From positions 47,314 through 79,313 of the forward strand of contig BAAFSQ010000017.1 in the NCBI GenBank assembly GCA_054661495.1: DNA of 32,000 nt, given 5' to 3'. The DNA is from Zygophlyctis sp. KS116 (taxonomy: Eukaryota > Fungi > Chytridiomycota). The position numbers were made by a program, and so were the translations under genes. The notes below the pieces were generated by a model that saw nothing but the letters and a program-made list of their open reading frames with translations, was not told the DNA's origin and ran no database searches. How positions within the stretch are numbered: position 1 is the stretch's first letter; every line of letters begins with the position of its first letter. Positions 12,337 to 23,694 of this stretch are shown here, piece after piece.

Positions 12337-12627
12337 CTATTGCAGATTTAGATTTAAATTGTTGATCTTCAGTTTTGAATGATCATAGCCTTCGTTAAAT
12401 AATTTAGTGTTTGCATTGAGCATAGTAGTTTTAGAATTAGAACTAGTATTAGATGCTATTAAAGGAGGAGCAGGACTTTTCAATGCATGCCCGCAATTAC
12501 AATTGTTAAATGACTGAGAATTGCACCACTTTGCATGCAATTGTGGCACATAAGTAGTTTCATTTTGACAGGTATATCCTTTGCCATTCACTATTAGAGT
12601 AGATGATCCAAAGCTTATCAAGTCCAT
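12337..12627 (-). CDS. Small hypothetical protein with H-x3-C-x7-C-x-C motif
   Basis: 96-aa ATG-initiated ORF (HAKWCNSQSFNNCNCGH) in an otherwise unexplained gap, divergent from the NSUN7-like gene. Exon structure uncertain. Confidence 0.35.
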   Translation of the reverse strand: MDLISFGSSTLIVNGKGYTCQNETTYVPQLHAKWCNSQSFNNCNCGHALKSPAPPLIASNTSSNSKTTMLNANTKLFNEGYDHSKLKINNLNLNLQ

Positions 12628-12641
12628 TCTGATCTTGATTT

Positions 12642-12692
12642 TGTTTGTTTACATCTTCTATCCACCTCTCCCGGGAGTTTCTACTTACGTCA
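12642..12692. promoter_or_regulatory. Forkhead-like (GTAAACAAACA) and CRE-like (ATGACGTAA) motifs, both on the minus strand, in a 96-nt divergent promoter
   Basis: TGTTTGTTTAC at 12642-12652 and TTACGTCAT near 12685-12693, between ORF 12627(-) and the ATG at 12724(+). Confidence 0.3.
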
Positions 12693-12723
12693 TTCGGAAA
12701 CTAATCAGATCTTATTACAATTC

Positions 12724-15025
12724 ATGGAAAATCAAAGGAAATATCATTCAGAATCTTCTTTAATTGATCCTTTAAAACTACAAAACTCTATTCTTGCAAA
12801 GTTATTGTCTGCTGTCAGTGCTCCTTCACTCGGCGCTAAACTTCACCCGTTACTAGACGATCAGGATGAAAATAAACCAACTAGTTATATAGATTTAATG
12901 TTGGCCGCAGAGACATTAGAAAATATATTAATGGAAGGGACGCTAATCGGCGCAACTTTTAGAAGTCGGATCGCTCCTTCAAAGGAATATGGGAAAATGA
13001 ATTGTAGAGTTTTAAAACTTGTGTATGGAACTATGAAGTGTATTCTAAATTTTTTTAATCATAAAGTTTTGCCCTGCATTGATATTATGCTTATGAAGAC
13101 TCAATTTTTAGTCTATAATGCAGAAGTAAGTTAAAATATCTCACTTTTAGTTTGTAAATCATTTAGGATTGGTCAAGATTTTGATATATGAACTTATGCA
13201 GCATCATTTTGATTATAGAGTGTATCCAGGGATTAATTATATAATTCACCAAACCAGTAAATTGTCAGAAAAAGATTTGGAATATGAAAATAATCGAATA
13301 TCTCTAGTAAAGGATTTATCAGAAAGTCTCAGAGAATTTAATATAAAATTATCTGCTGCATTTGCTAGAATAAGGATTGAAAATAATGCATCGGGATCTA
13401 GTCTAAAGGAACAAATGCTGAATATTTTGTCGCCAGAAGTTCAAATCAAGGAAAATATTGCAATTGAAATGAGCAAGACTTTTAGAATTAATTCGTCAAA
13501 GATTTCTTTAGAGTCTTTAGAAAAGGCATTTGAAAAGTTGGGGATTTCGTTTTCAAATTCACAGGCCGTTTCAGAATTAGAGTAATAATTGATTTTATAT
13601 AAATTTTTAGAAATGATAGTAGAACAGTCTATCTTGATTCTGATTTTCCTGATTTGATTGCGGTACCTTCCGATCTTTTCATGGATATAAATTCAAGCTA
13701 TTTGGTTCAACAAGGGGCTTTGATATTCCAAGATAAAGCAAGTACATGCGCTATTAATTTTCTTAAAAAATCTTTTAATATTGAAGGGAAGCAAGTTATC
13801 GAAGCAAGAGCTGGGTGTGGTTAGTGAAAAAAATATGTAATCTGATAGGAATTAAAACAATTCAACTTTCAAGTGCAATAGGTAAAAAAGGGAAGCTTTT
13901 CGCTTGTGAAAAGAGAATTGGGCGTCTCAATTCATTGAAATCTCATTTAAGTCAAAATTACTGCGATAGTAAAAATAGTAAATAGATTAACAGTTAGACG
14001 TTAATGTTGTAGAAGAAGATTTTACTACAATTAATCCAAAAGATCCAAACTATGCTGATGTTCAATGTGTAATTATCGAGCCGCCAAATTCTGGAACTGC
14101 GATAATAGATAAACTAGGATTCTTGCTGCAGGAAGAAGGTAAAATCTATTGATCTTACCAACATAGAATTCCCCGTTGATCATCACACTCAAAAAGATTT
14201 GATTCTATTAAAACAACAACAGCTTAAAATCTTAAAGCATGCATTTAAATGTAAGGGTGGCTTTTTTAATAATGATTTAGTCCCAAATATTAAATTGGTT
14301 TTATATATTACAAGATCCATTCATCCCCAGGAAAATGAAAACATTGTTCAGGAACTCAAAGACATTTTGGGGTCTGGATGGCGACTAGAACCGGTTTTAC
14401 CAGAAATTTCATTCGAGTCTCATTATGATTATGAAATTGGTAATTATGCACTTAACTTAATTTAGATGAAACTTTAAAAGTGGCCCCTTCATTTGAATTT
14501 GGGAATGGTATTTTTATGGCAGCTTTCAAGAGATGGAATAAGCAAGATCAAGAGGAAGCACGCAAGATTGAATTAGCTGCAGCACAAGCAAAAATACCGA
14601 CTCAAAGTGTAGAGGTGAAGATAAAAAAAAAGGTAAATAATAATTGCATAGTTGATAATACAGAAAAATCGCAAATCTCCTGAAAAGAGTTGGCTTCGTC
14701 GTCTTTTCCTCCCAAAATCTCTCAGAGAAACAGTAGAAAGACTATCTGAGCCAAAATCAGCTCCTACTGAAGAATCTATAAAGAAAAGTAGATCGAATCC
14801 CAAGCAAAAAGTACCCACCCTCACCATAAATTTACAAAAATCAAGTAGAGATTTGCAGTCCTTATCAACCAAATTGCATGCTTCTGATGCAAATATGACC
14901 AAAGTGCTCCCGCACAATATTTCCGCAATTCAAATGCCTGTATTGGTTGTTAAAAAAGGTTCTTTTCAGGTAATTTTTTTTAAAGTCGATAATTGTAGAT
15001 CCCAAATCCAAAGCCATGGGTTTGA
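12724..15025 (+). CDS. NSUN7: NSUN7-like NOL1/NOP2/Sun-family protein, probably catalytically inactive; 10 introns
   Basis: Spliced motifs KLSAAFARIRIEN, LVQQGALIFQDKAS, VIEARAGCGIKT, VIIEPPNSGTAIIDKLGFLLQEE, LKHAFKFPNIKLVLYITRSIHPQENE, GNGIFMAAFKR. Last intron 14970-14998 gives the C-terminus IPNPKPWV*. Confidence 0.75.
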
Positions 15026-15061
15026 AACAATTTATAAACTACTTATAAATGATCTGTGAAA

Positions 15062-16150
15062 TTATTTTAGATTCTTCTTTTTTATGCCTACGTTATATGT
15101 GGGTAACGCTTCAGCCTCCAATTCTTGCATCGCTGCAATTCTATGTTCCCCCTTTGATATTTCCTTTCTGGATTTATCATACATGAAAAGACCGATAAAT
15201 ATCAATAATAGTCCTATAACTTTTTCCCCATCAATTTTCCCCCCCATGTAAACTATAGAAAATAAAATAACAAAAATTCTTTTGATTAATGATGTGATAG
15301 AATATGAAATTGGCGATACATATGACAATACTAGAAATGAAACTAACGATTGTAGAAAATTGGATAGTCCATTGAGTAGAAATAATCCAATAATTTTAAT
15401 TGATAGTTTGTCTATTGGAAATTTATGGCCTAGATATAAGTATGTCTTGCGATCAAATATTTAAAATAATGATTGCAATAAAGTTTATAAAATATACCTT
15501 CACTCCAAAACCAAACAGGAGACATTAAAATCCATGCCTGAATTGCAGATAAAAATAACATGTTTAATTTGTCCATTTTGTATTTAGAATGATGTCCAGC
15601 TGCCTGATTAAAAATCTTTTTAGATGCTACAGTATACAGTACAAAAACTAATGTAGATCCTATCGCGCAAAGTATTCCAATGGCATCGAATGTAACAGAT
15701 GAATGACTGAGTATCATGACCCCAAAAGTAAGTGGAGCAAGTGATATATACACCCTAGGCGAATACGAAACATTAAAGAAACAAGCGTATAGAATGCATG
15801 TAAGGATCGGGGAAGTTGCTTTGATAGTATGGGATAATGACACTGGGATCCGGGAAATTGCAATCGAACTTAAAATCTGTTGAAATACTTGAAAGAATGA
15901 TAAGGGAATGACATGAATTGCATTGGCTAATGTTGGAAAAACCAAGTTTCTATAACCTGCCAGTTCGATTATAATTGATACTAATCCAACCATCAGAAAT
16001 TGTATCCACTGACTCATCATCATTATTAATAATTACCGCAAGTGTGACCGGATAATCAAACTCTGTCAGCAGCTGTTTTCCAACGTTATTTGTGAATGCG
16101 CTAAAGAAATACCAGGCTCCTATCAATAAGAATAGCCGAAGATCTTTCAT
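15062..16150 (-). CDS. Triose-phosphate transporter family / SLC35E (Sly41-like) membrane transporter; introns 16009-16036 and 15430-15497
   Basis: WYFFSAFTNNVGKQLL.EFDYPVTLA, IPVSLSHTIKATSPI, VSPISYSITSLIKRIFVI; multiple transmembrane segments. Confidence 0.85.
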
Positions 16151-16153
16151 TAA

Positions 16154-16185
16154 TCGCGTTGGTTTCGCGTTGTGAAAATGCGCAA
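16154..16185. promoter_or_regulatory. Tandem TCGCGTTG (E2F/SBF/MBF-like CGCG boxes)
   Basis: TCGCGTTG at 16154-16161 and 16165-16172 within the 53-nt gap between the UBR1 stop and the TPT start; the same TTTCGCGTTG occurs at 25154-25163. Confidence 0.35.
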
Positions 16186-16203
16186 ACAGATTTTATTAAC
16201 TTT

Positions 16204-19200
16204 TCAAAGAGTGTTCCACCCACCAAAATCAAAAGATGATTCAATCTTACGAGCAATAAAACTACATATTTGATGATTGATCCATAACTTTACCAATTCA
16301 TTGTATCGACCATCATTTAAAAACAGGGGCTTTCCCCGTTTCAGGCCTAGATCAGATTCACCGTGAGCATCAAGGTATGGGGAATTATGAAAGAAACCTT
16401 TTTGTGCATGAAGAAGGAGAACAACGCACTTTTTAACCAATAAAAATATTCCTATTGGACCAGTACATCTAACATTTTAATAATTAAAAGTTACTTTTTT
16501 GAATGTTGATTACATTCTCCTAATCCATTCTTGAGACAGCAATAACTCTGGCTACAAACAATAGTTCCACAAACTAGACATAATGCAGGATCAGAAGGCT
16601 TTTGATTGCAGTTTGGACAAAGGTATTTTCTACCAACTTCAAATAATTCATCATAAGTATGAGGAAGATCAACTAATTTGAACAAACTAGGGACTGAGAA
16701 ATAGTTGAATTTCAGCTGATATCTGCTATTCTCTATCCAGTTACTTATCAGAATTTTCTCAATTGATGAATCGTTGGTCCTAGTACATAAAATATCTCGG
16801 ACATTTGGTAAAGAGAGATAAGAAAGCAATGTGCTAAATTCAGTTGAGTTAGAGTCTGAGACTGTTTCTAGAGCATTACTTTCAAAACCAAACCCATATC
16901 TTCCATTAGGAGGAACCATCCCAAAGAATGCAAAGCACAATAGTACAGTCCTACGAAGGAAGATTAAGCCCATTGATTCACAAATACTTACAAGAATGTC
17001 TAAATCACTTTCAGTTAGACAGTTTGAGTCTGAAAGTTTTAGAGATGAATAAATATCTGTAATCAGCATGCTTTCTAAATTAATTCTATTACCACCATTG
17101 GCGCCAATTGAACCATTTAAAATAATTGAACTAGAGATTCTAGTAATCTCTAGCAGCCAGCAAATACGTATCCAGCCAAAAAGATCAGATATTGATGCTT
17201 CTGATAATAAATCTACAATTTGCACTATTTGAGTAAGAACTTGAAATGGATCTCTGTTTAAAATGCCTGGTACTGCTACAGTATGGATATCTTTCAAAAT
17301 TCCACTAAATAGCGCTGTAAATAGATCTGACGATTCACGATTTAAAACAGAACAAAATTCAGTTTCCTGTAGACAAATACGTGAGTATGATTGCAAAGCT
17401 GATACAAATACAGGTAGAAATGTAGCAATCTGAGGATTTAAACAATTAATAATATCTATATTAGCTCCTATGCTCCCAGTTGGCAGATCGGCCTTAATCC
17501 CACGCGAAGCTATTTCAATGCAGCAGATAGTATATGATAAAAGGTAATTCGGCTCAATTCCCAAAAGGGATAAATCCAGCTCGTCACAGGCATGCTCGAC
17601 AGCTGGGATCCAATTGTCATCAAAGGCCCTTTCTAATTCTTCTGAATGCGACCAAGATGATCTTCCACCTACAACACTTCTTTGTAACATAAATATGTTA
17701 TTGATGTAATCTTTAAATGTATTAATTCTTGACTCTACCACCTCTTTAGTGGGTTGGAAATCTTTTGTTTCTACTGGGAAAGTTCGTGGAGTAATTAGCA
17801 TTCCACCACTGACAATTTCCTGAATCTTATCGCCTTTCAACATCCACCATCGACTCAATGATTCAGAACTATTTTCATGGTCTTTCTGTACGTTTGATTC
17901 GGAAATGCTCTCTGAACCAAACCAGTTTACAAATTGAGAATAAGAAGAGGCCGTTATTGGGAATAGAACATTTCCAAATGTCTTACAGAGGGGACATAGA
18001 AATTCTCTCCGGCTAATATCCTCTGGATGGTTTCTGGTCGACTGTGAATTCTGCCGAGACTCTATTGATTGAATATATGTGTTGAAACAACTGTTATGCA
18101 TTAAGTGACCACAGCTTGAGGAATAGATCCCTTTACCAGTTTCGGGATTTTGGATCGACCCTGCCTTTGACAAATCGAAACCGCTATTATGAGATATTGA
18201 TTGTAAAAATGGACTATTTTCTCCAAATTGAAATCGTCTTTCCAAGAAACTTGTTTGGATTAAACCCAAAGAGCCATATATTCGCCCATCCCCAATTGAT
18301 GCGTCCTCTTGGCATACTATACAAGGACCAGATGGAAATGGTACTACTCGCTGGTCTGGTGTACGCTCTGGAGGTGTTGAAAAATTCTCAGATGATATTT
18401 CCATTGCGGAACCATCATCCAAATAATCTAGCTCTTCTCCATAATTTGCCATGAAGCTTTTCTGGGCCGATTCAAATTGTGCCATGATTGCAGCCTGCCT
18501 CTTTTTAGCAGCGATTTTTTTTCTTTCCCTTTCTGTAAGCTTGTCGCCATCATGATCTCCGGTTGGGGCCTCTGATTTCTTATGTGAAGACAAAGTCCAA
18601 CGAGATTTATCTCTCCATCCTGTAATAGTTTGAATTGCTAAATCTACACCATATAATTCCATTTGGGAAATGATGAATCGAAGTTTTCGTGCATGATCTT
18701 TTATATCTTCTTCGTTAGCACGATCTATCAAAAAGCAAATCAGCTCCAGACAGGTAGTTGGACGAACTGCACCTGATATTGTTATTTTGAACTGTGCTGA
18801 ACTGAAGTTCCTATAAAAAGCATCAAGCGAAAAAGAATCAGGAGGGTTTTTTGATTCACTGATCCCCAAGAGAATCAGTTGAATTGAGGCACTAATAACA
18901 TGATCACTAGAAGTCGATTCTTCACCAGAAATTTCTAAAGTCTTGGTTGAATTCCAAATGGAATAGAAAATTATTTGAATAAAAATTTCGTCATTAAATA
19001 ACGAAATCAATTGCTTATGAAACGAGCGAGAAGAAATTGGCATCAAAAAAGGAAGATTAAGTTCCTCGCCACCTCTGTTTAAAGCTTCGTCTGTCTTCTT
19101 CTTTAAAATAGCTACCAATGAATTACGCTCCAACTTAGACAAATGCCAAAACCACGGATCCAATTGAGCGAAATAATCAATTTTGAGTAAATAAACGCCT

Positions 19201-22002
19201 TGATCCAACGGATTCTCTGGAAACTTAAAAATTGATACTTCAGATAAGAGATTATCAAAAGCCTCCAAATCTTGACTTGTTTCTAGAAGTCTATCGGGTA
19301 TATGCTTCTTCAATTCCGAGTATGCCAAACCGTTAGAACTACCTAAATGATGAATTATTTCCTGTTTTAGATTTTGAACATGAGAAAGGCCTAATATTTT
19401 GGATCGCTCACTAAGAATGTAAATTAATACTTCAAGCATGTCTTCGTTGATAGATGCTTGCTGAGCAAGGTCAATATTAGCGGCTTTCCCAAAATCCAAC
19501 CAAGTTTTTAATTCAAATCTTTCCACAAGAATGGCAAGGAATATTGATGGCGGCAAAATTGAGGCAGCAGTTTGGATTAGTAGTAGATTACTATCATAGC
19601 ATTCTCTTAGCATCACCTCTCGAAAATGTTGCGCCTGGCTTCTCATCATATATCCATTACGAACCCATATACCAGCCCTGATTTGGGAAAGCATTACTAT
19701 TATCCTCATTGGATAATCAAACAATAGTATGGCAAGATTACCTGCAGTTAGACTTTCTAAATGTTTGGAATAGGATGAGACATTATCTTCAAGTATGAAC
19801 TTTTCCATATTTTCCTTTGAAAATGCCGATTTCCAAACTGTTTCCCCGTCCTTCAAATTGGATGTATGCTCTAGGACATGGGGTAATTTAGAAATAAGCT
19901 CCGCTAAAAGGCAATGTAAGGGATCATAAAGGGAGACCCGATGAAGTGAGACTTTAAAATCCGGCAGAGTAAATGTTTTACATCCAAAGTTGATCTGATG
20001 AAACCCGAATGGAAAATCCAAACTAGCGCTACTATTTCCAGTAGATTTATTATTGTTTTGTAGCGTTTCCTTGACGTGGTCAATAGCACACCAAGTAGCT
20101 AAAGTGAAAACAGTTTTTTTGATGGCCTCAGTTAAATCCAAATAGCATTCATCATAATTTTCATCAGAATATCCAAAACAATCACCCACTTGTCCAATCA
20201 TATTCGACAGCAGAAGTGCAAGATTTAGAGCGTAAACCCAGTGATCGGTTTCATATTCAACATGAACTTGAGTAGACCTCTGCTGAGGTTGCATGCCTTG
20301 AAAAATAATCAGCAGATCCAAAAAGTCTTGCATGTGCTCAGAATATTTTCTAAACAGCTTCTTTTTTACTAAATCAGTCGACAAGACATATCGAACATCT
20401 TGAAAAAGATGCCAATATTTTCTATTCCTGACAATCCCACTTTCGCAAGTCATTCGAGGAAAGATTGACTTATTCATGGTAGAAGCCAACTGATAGCTTC
20501 CCAAAAGATCATATTGCGGTCTAAAATCCTCTGGAATGGAATCTCCTAGAAAAAATCCTTTTAGAATAAAGAATATTGACGAAATCATTTTTGTGTGCTT
20601 TACCAAAAACTCTGCAATAGTGGGAACAGTAAAAAGCTGAACAGTAAAGTAGGTGATTGATAAGTCATTTTCTCGATCATGAAACATGGTATAATTCATC
20701 AATTCTGGATAATGATATGCAAAATAAAGTCCTTGATGCTTAATTAAAATATTCATTACCTAGCTTTTTCTTACTGTAATCGTCCAAAGTAATATAACAA
20801 TTGATAAGCAACTGTCTGAGATTGCTTCTTGGAATTTTCCATAATTTTGTATCAAAATCCAACAAATAATGCAAACGAGATGTATACAAGGAAGAATATG
20901 AAAAATCAGGAATTGGATCTCTTGTTACAGCAGAAATATTTTTGATCATGAAAACATCTGCCAAAGGCTCGACATCTTGAAACTGATTTTTAAAACCCTG
21001 CCTATCACAGGATAATTCAGTTTCCAATAATTTCCGAACAAAAACGTCCAAAGAGTTCCATTCCAAAGTTTTACTTGCAAGAGTTAATTTAAACTTTGAT
21101 GAAAACAACTTTGGAATATCCTGGACTAACCATGCTAAAAGTTCAGCTGCTAATTCTTCTTGAAATGCACGTTCATCTGTACTTATCGAGACAGCCAAAC
21201 CCGTTTCAGCAACCACTCTTGCAGCATCAATTAAAGAATGAATATCATTTGACCTAGAGAATTCTGCTCTCCCCTATTATAAGAAAACTTTTATAGAAAA
21301 CCTTTTCATCCACTTCTTCTGCAATAATTTTTCCTTGAGAATCACTACATCCTATCCCATCCACCAATTGATCAATAACTTCTTGAAAAGAATGACTTTC
21401 ATCATTCCATAAATATCCAATAAATTCTATTTGAGTAGTGATTTGTTTCTCAACCATTGCCAAAACCTCTGCTGGCGTTGGTAATGTCACATCTAGAGGC
21501 GACGATTCAAAAACATTTAGAACAAAGTCCAAAACCATTCCAAAACACAATCTCAAATGATCTTCAACCTTCTAAATTTTAGAAATAAAGATTAAATTAC
21601 ACTTGGCATATTAATTTCTTGACTCATCTTCAAATCCGAATGAATTCTACAAAATATATCTACTTTCCATGCTTCCTTGTCACCACAATCACAAAACCCA
21701 CTCATCCCCTCGGATATTGAGAAACCTGTATCATGTCCCGTATGATCGCTCGCTTTAAAGCAATCCACACATAAAACGCAAGTATCATCGAGAGCACAAG
21801 TCTTACATCTATAAACTTGTTCTCCTCTACTAAAGACATGCCCACATATGCTAGATTCAGTTACAGCCTCCCCAAAAGACTTTAATTCCCAATCATCTGC
21901 TTTTAAAAGGAAAGAGACCAAGTTCCTCTTGATGTGATCAATTGTTATCGGCGGTCTTGAATTTAAAAGCAAATGCAATTGATCTTTCTTTGATTGCATC
22001 AT
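16204..22002 (-). CDS. UBR1: N-end rule E3 ubiquitin ligase Ubr1; introns 21572-21600, 21274-21301, 20732-20759, ~16470-16495
   Basis: UBR box [26 protein letters not shown]...CDCGDKEAW; ClpS-like [13 protein letters not shown]; WVRNG; RING-H2 CIVCQE...SSCGHLMH..C...EFLCPLCK; C-terminal [22 protein letters not shown]. Confidence 0.96.
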
Positions 22003-22092
22003 CTATAAAGCTTTCCCAAATCTTTGGTCAAGGACAATGACTGAGGAGCAGAGATCAAAAGACACAAGTTCAGCCAACTCAGACTTTTAATA

Positions 22093-22879
22093 ATGATCTT
22101 CATCGCTCTCTTGATTCAAATTGTTGCTGCTCTTGACTGTTCTACTTCTTCCGACACTGCATGTTTTGTACGCAATGCACAATATACGATACTTGGAACG
22201 GTTGTTGATAATTCTGTCGGACGTGGAAATGATACTTCAAAGAGTTATGATGCTTCTATCGCTGTACAATGTGTTTGGTCATCTTTTGTTCCTGGTAATA
22301 TTCCTGGAAACGGATGGGGTAAGTTGATTTAAATTTATATACTATTAGGAATGGCAAATAGTATAATTACCGTTAAAGGTATATCTTGAAATTTAAATTA
22401 TCTTTTAGGATGGGGAAAACCAATGGCTGGATGTCCGAATGGTGGTGGTGCAGATGCAACTTCTGGGACTACTCAAATTTTCTTTGTTTATATTACTCAA
22501 GGTATCTTTCAAATTACTAATTCCAGGTGAATTAGGTTCAAGAAGTGCCATTTATGGTGTTGCTAATCAATGTCAAGGGGGGATAGAGTATAATAATGAA
22601 AATATTCAAATTATTTCAAATGTATTGGCATCTGCTCCTGGTAATTTTATAAAATCATTAATTTTAGCTTCTAGAATTACAAAAGCAAATATTGGAACTA
22701 ATCCTCAATGTGTTTTACCAGGTTCAAATGGAGGAAGCGGGACTGGAGCTGGAGCTGGATCCGGATCTGTTAATTATGTTTCATCCCCTTCAAAGCCATC
22801 ATTAGTATTAGATCCAAAAGCTTCAAGATCAGATGCAATTCTACCTTTAGGAATATTGAGCGTAATTTTGCTAATGTAA
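22093..22879 (+). CDS. Secreted, probably GPI-anchored Cys-containing protein with an NtA/TIMP-like OB-fold domain; introns 22319-22348, 22379-22408, 22502-22526, 22641-22667
   Basis: Signal peptide MIFIALLIQIVAA; AQYTILGTVVD..YDASIAVQCVW..IITVKGWGKP...C..SGTTQIFFV; Gly/Ser linker; hydrophobic C-terminus SDAILPLGILSVILLM*. Confidence 0.65.
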
Positions 22880-22897
22880 CAATTGTAAAAAATGTAT

Positions 22898-23689
22898 TTA
22901 CGTAAAATAATTCAACGTGTTTCTTGATAATATTGACACTGCCATTTCTAAATCCCAACCTTTAACATTTGCTACTTTTTCTAATATTTCTTCCATACAA
23001 CCATCTAATTTTGCTATGTCATGACAATCGGATTCAATAAGAATTCTGTCATCTGGAATAGATAATACAATTTCCTGAAACCTACTTGATCGTAGACTAA
23101 CAGCCAAACTTAGACTAAAATAGATTTTATGACCGATTCCTTTAATTTTGAGTAATCTTTTGATCATATCTGAAGATCCATTAAAACTATGAAGCATAAT
23201 GGTCGGTGGTGATTTTTCTATTTTAGAAATGAAATCATATAATTTCCCTGAAACTTGTACTGCATGAATAGACACTGATCGTTGTAATTCACAAGCAAGA
23301 TTAAATTGAGCATTAAAAACTTCAAATTGAGTCTCGTAATCATACTTGAGTCCGGTTTTTGGATTTTTAGCAGATCCATCTAATCCAATTTCACCAACCA
23401 ATGCTTGTGGCGATTGAATTAATTGATTCTTTAAATCTTGTAGCCAATCAGCATCAAGACCTTCAGAAAACCAGGGATGAATTCCTTTTATAAATGATCA
23501 GATCATACCATAAAACTCTAGAAACTTGCCAGTTTTAGCGTTTGCAACCGATTGCAATTTAGGCCAATCGCTGGGTCTTGTGCTCATCAGCCAGATTTTA
23601 CCTGTTTGACAGTTGCTATTGATAATGGATGGAGAGTCAATAACATGGGAATGAACATCAGTGAGCAGTGATAAATATTTTTTTGACAT
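22898..23689 (-). CDS. tatD: TatD-family metal-dependent DNase; intron 23485-23508
   Basis: DVHSH, FYG|IHPWF, VGEIGLD, VSIHAV, MLHSF, IPDDRILIESD: all canonical TatD motifs. Confidence 0.92.
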
Positions 23690-23694
23690 GAAAA

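Noticed and set aside
14970-15059. NSUN7-like C-terminus ending at 15059 as in the ORF track
   Set aside because: A strong 29-nt intron (14970-14998) gives a more plausible end at TGA 15023-15025; unverified without RNA data.
22722-22770. GC-richer GGAGCT/GGATCC repeats as a repeat element
   Set aside because: They simply encode a Gly/Ser/Ala linker of the surface protein.
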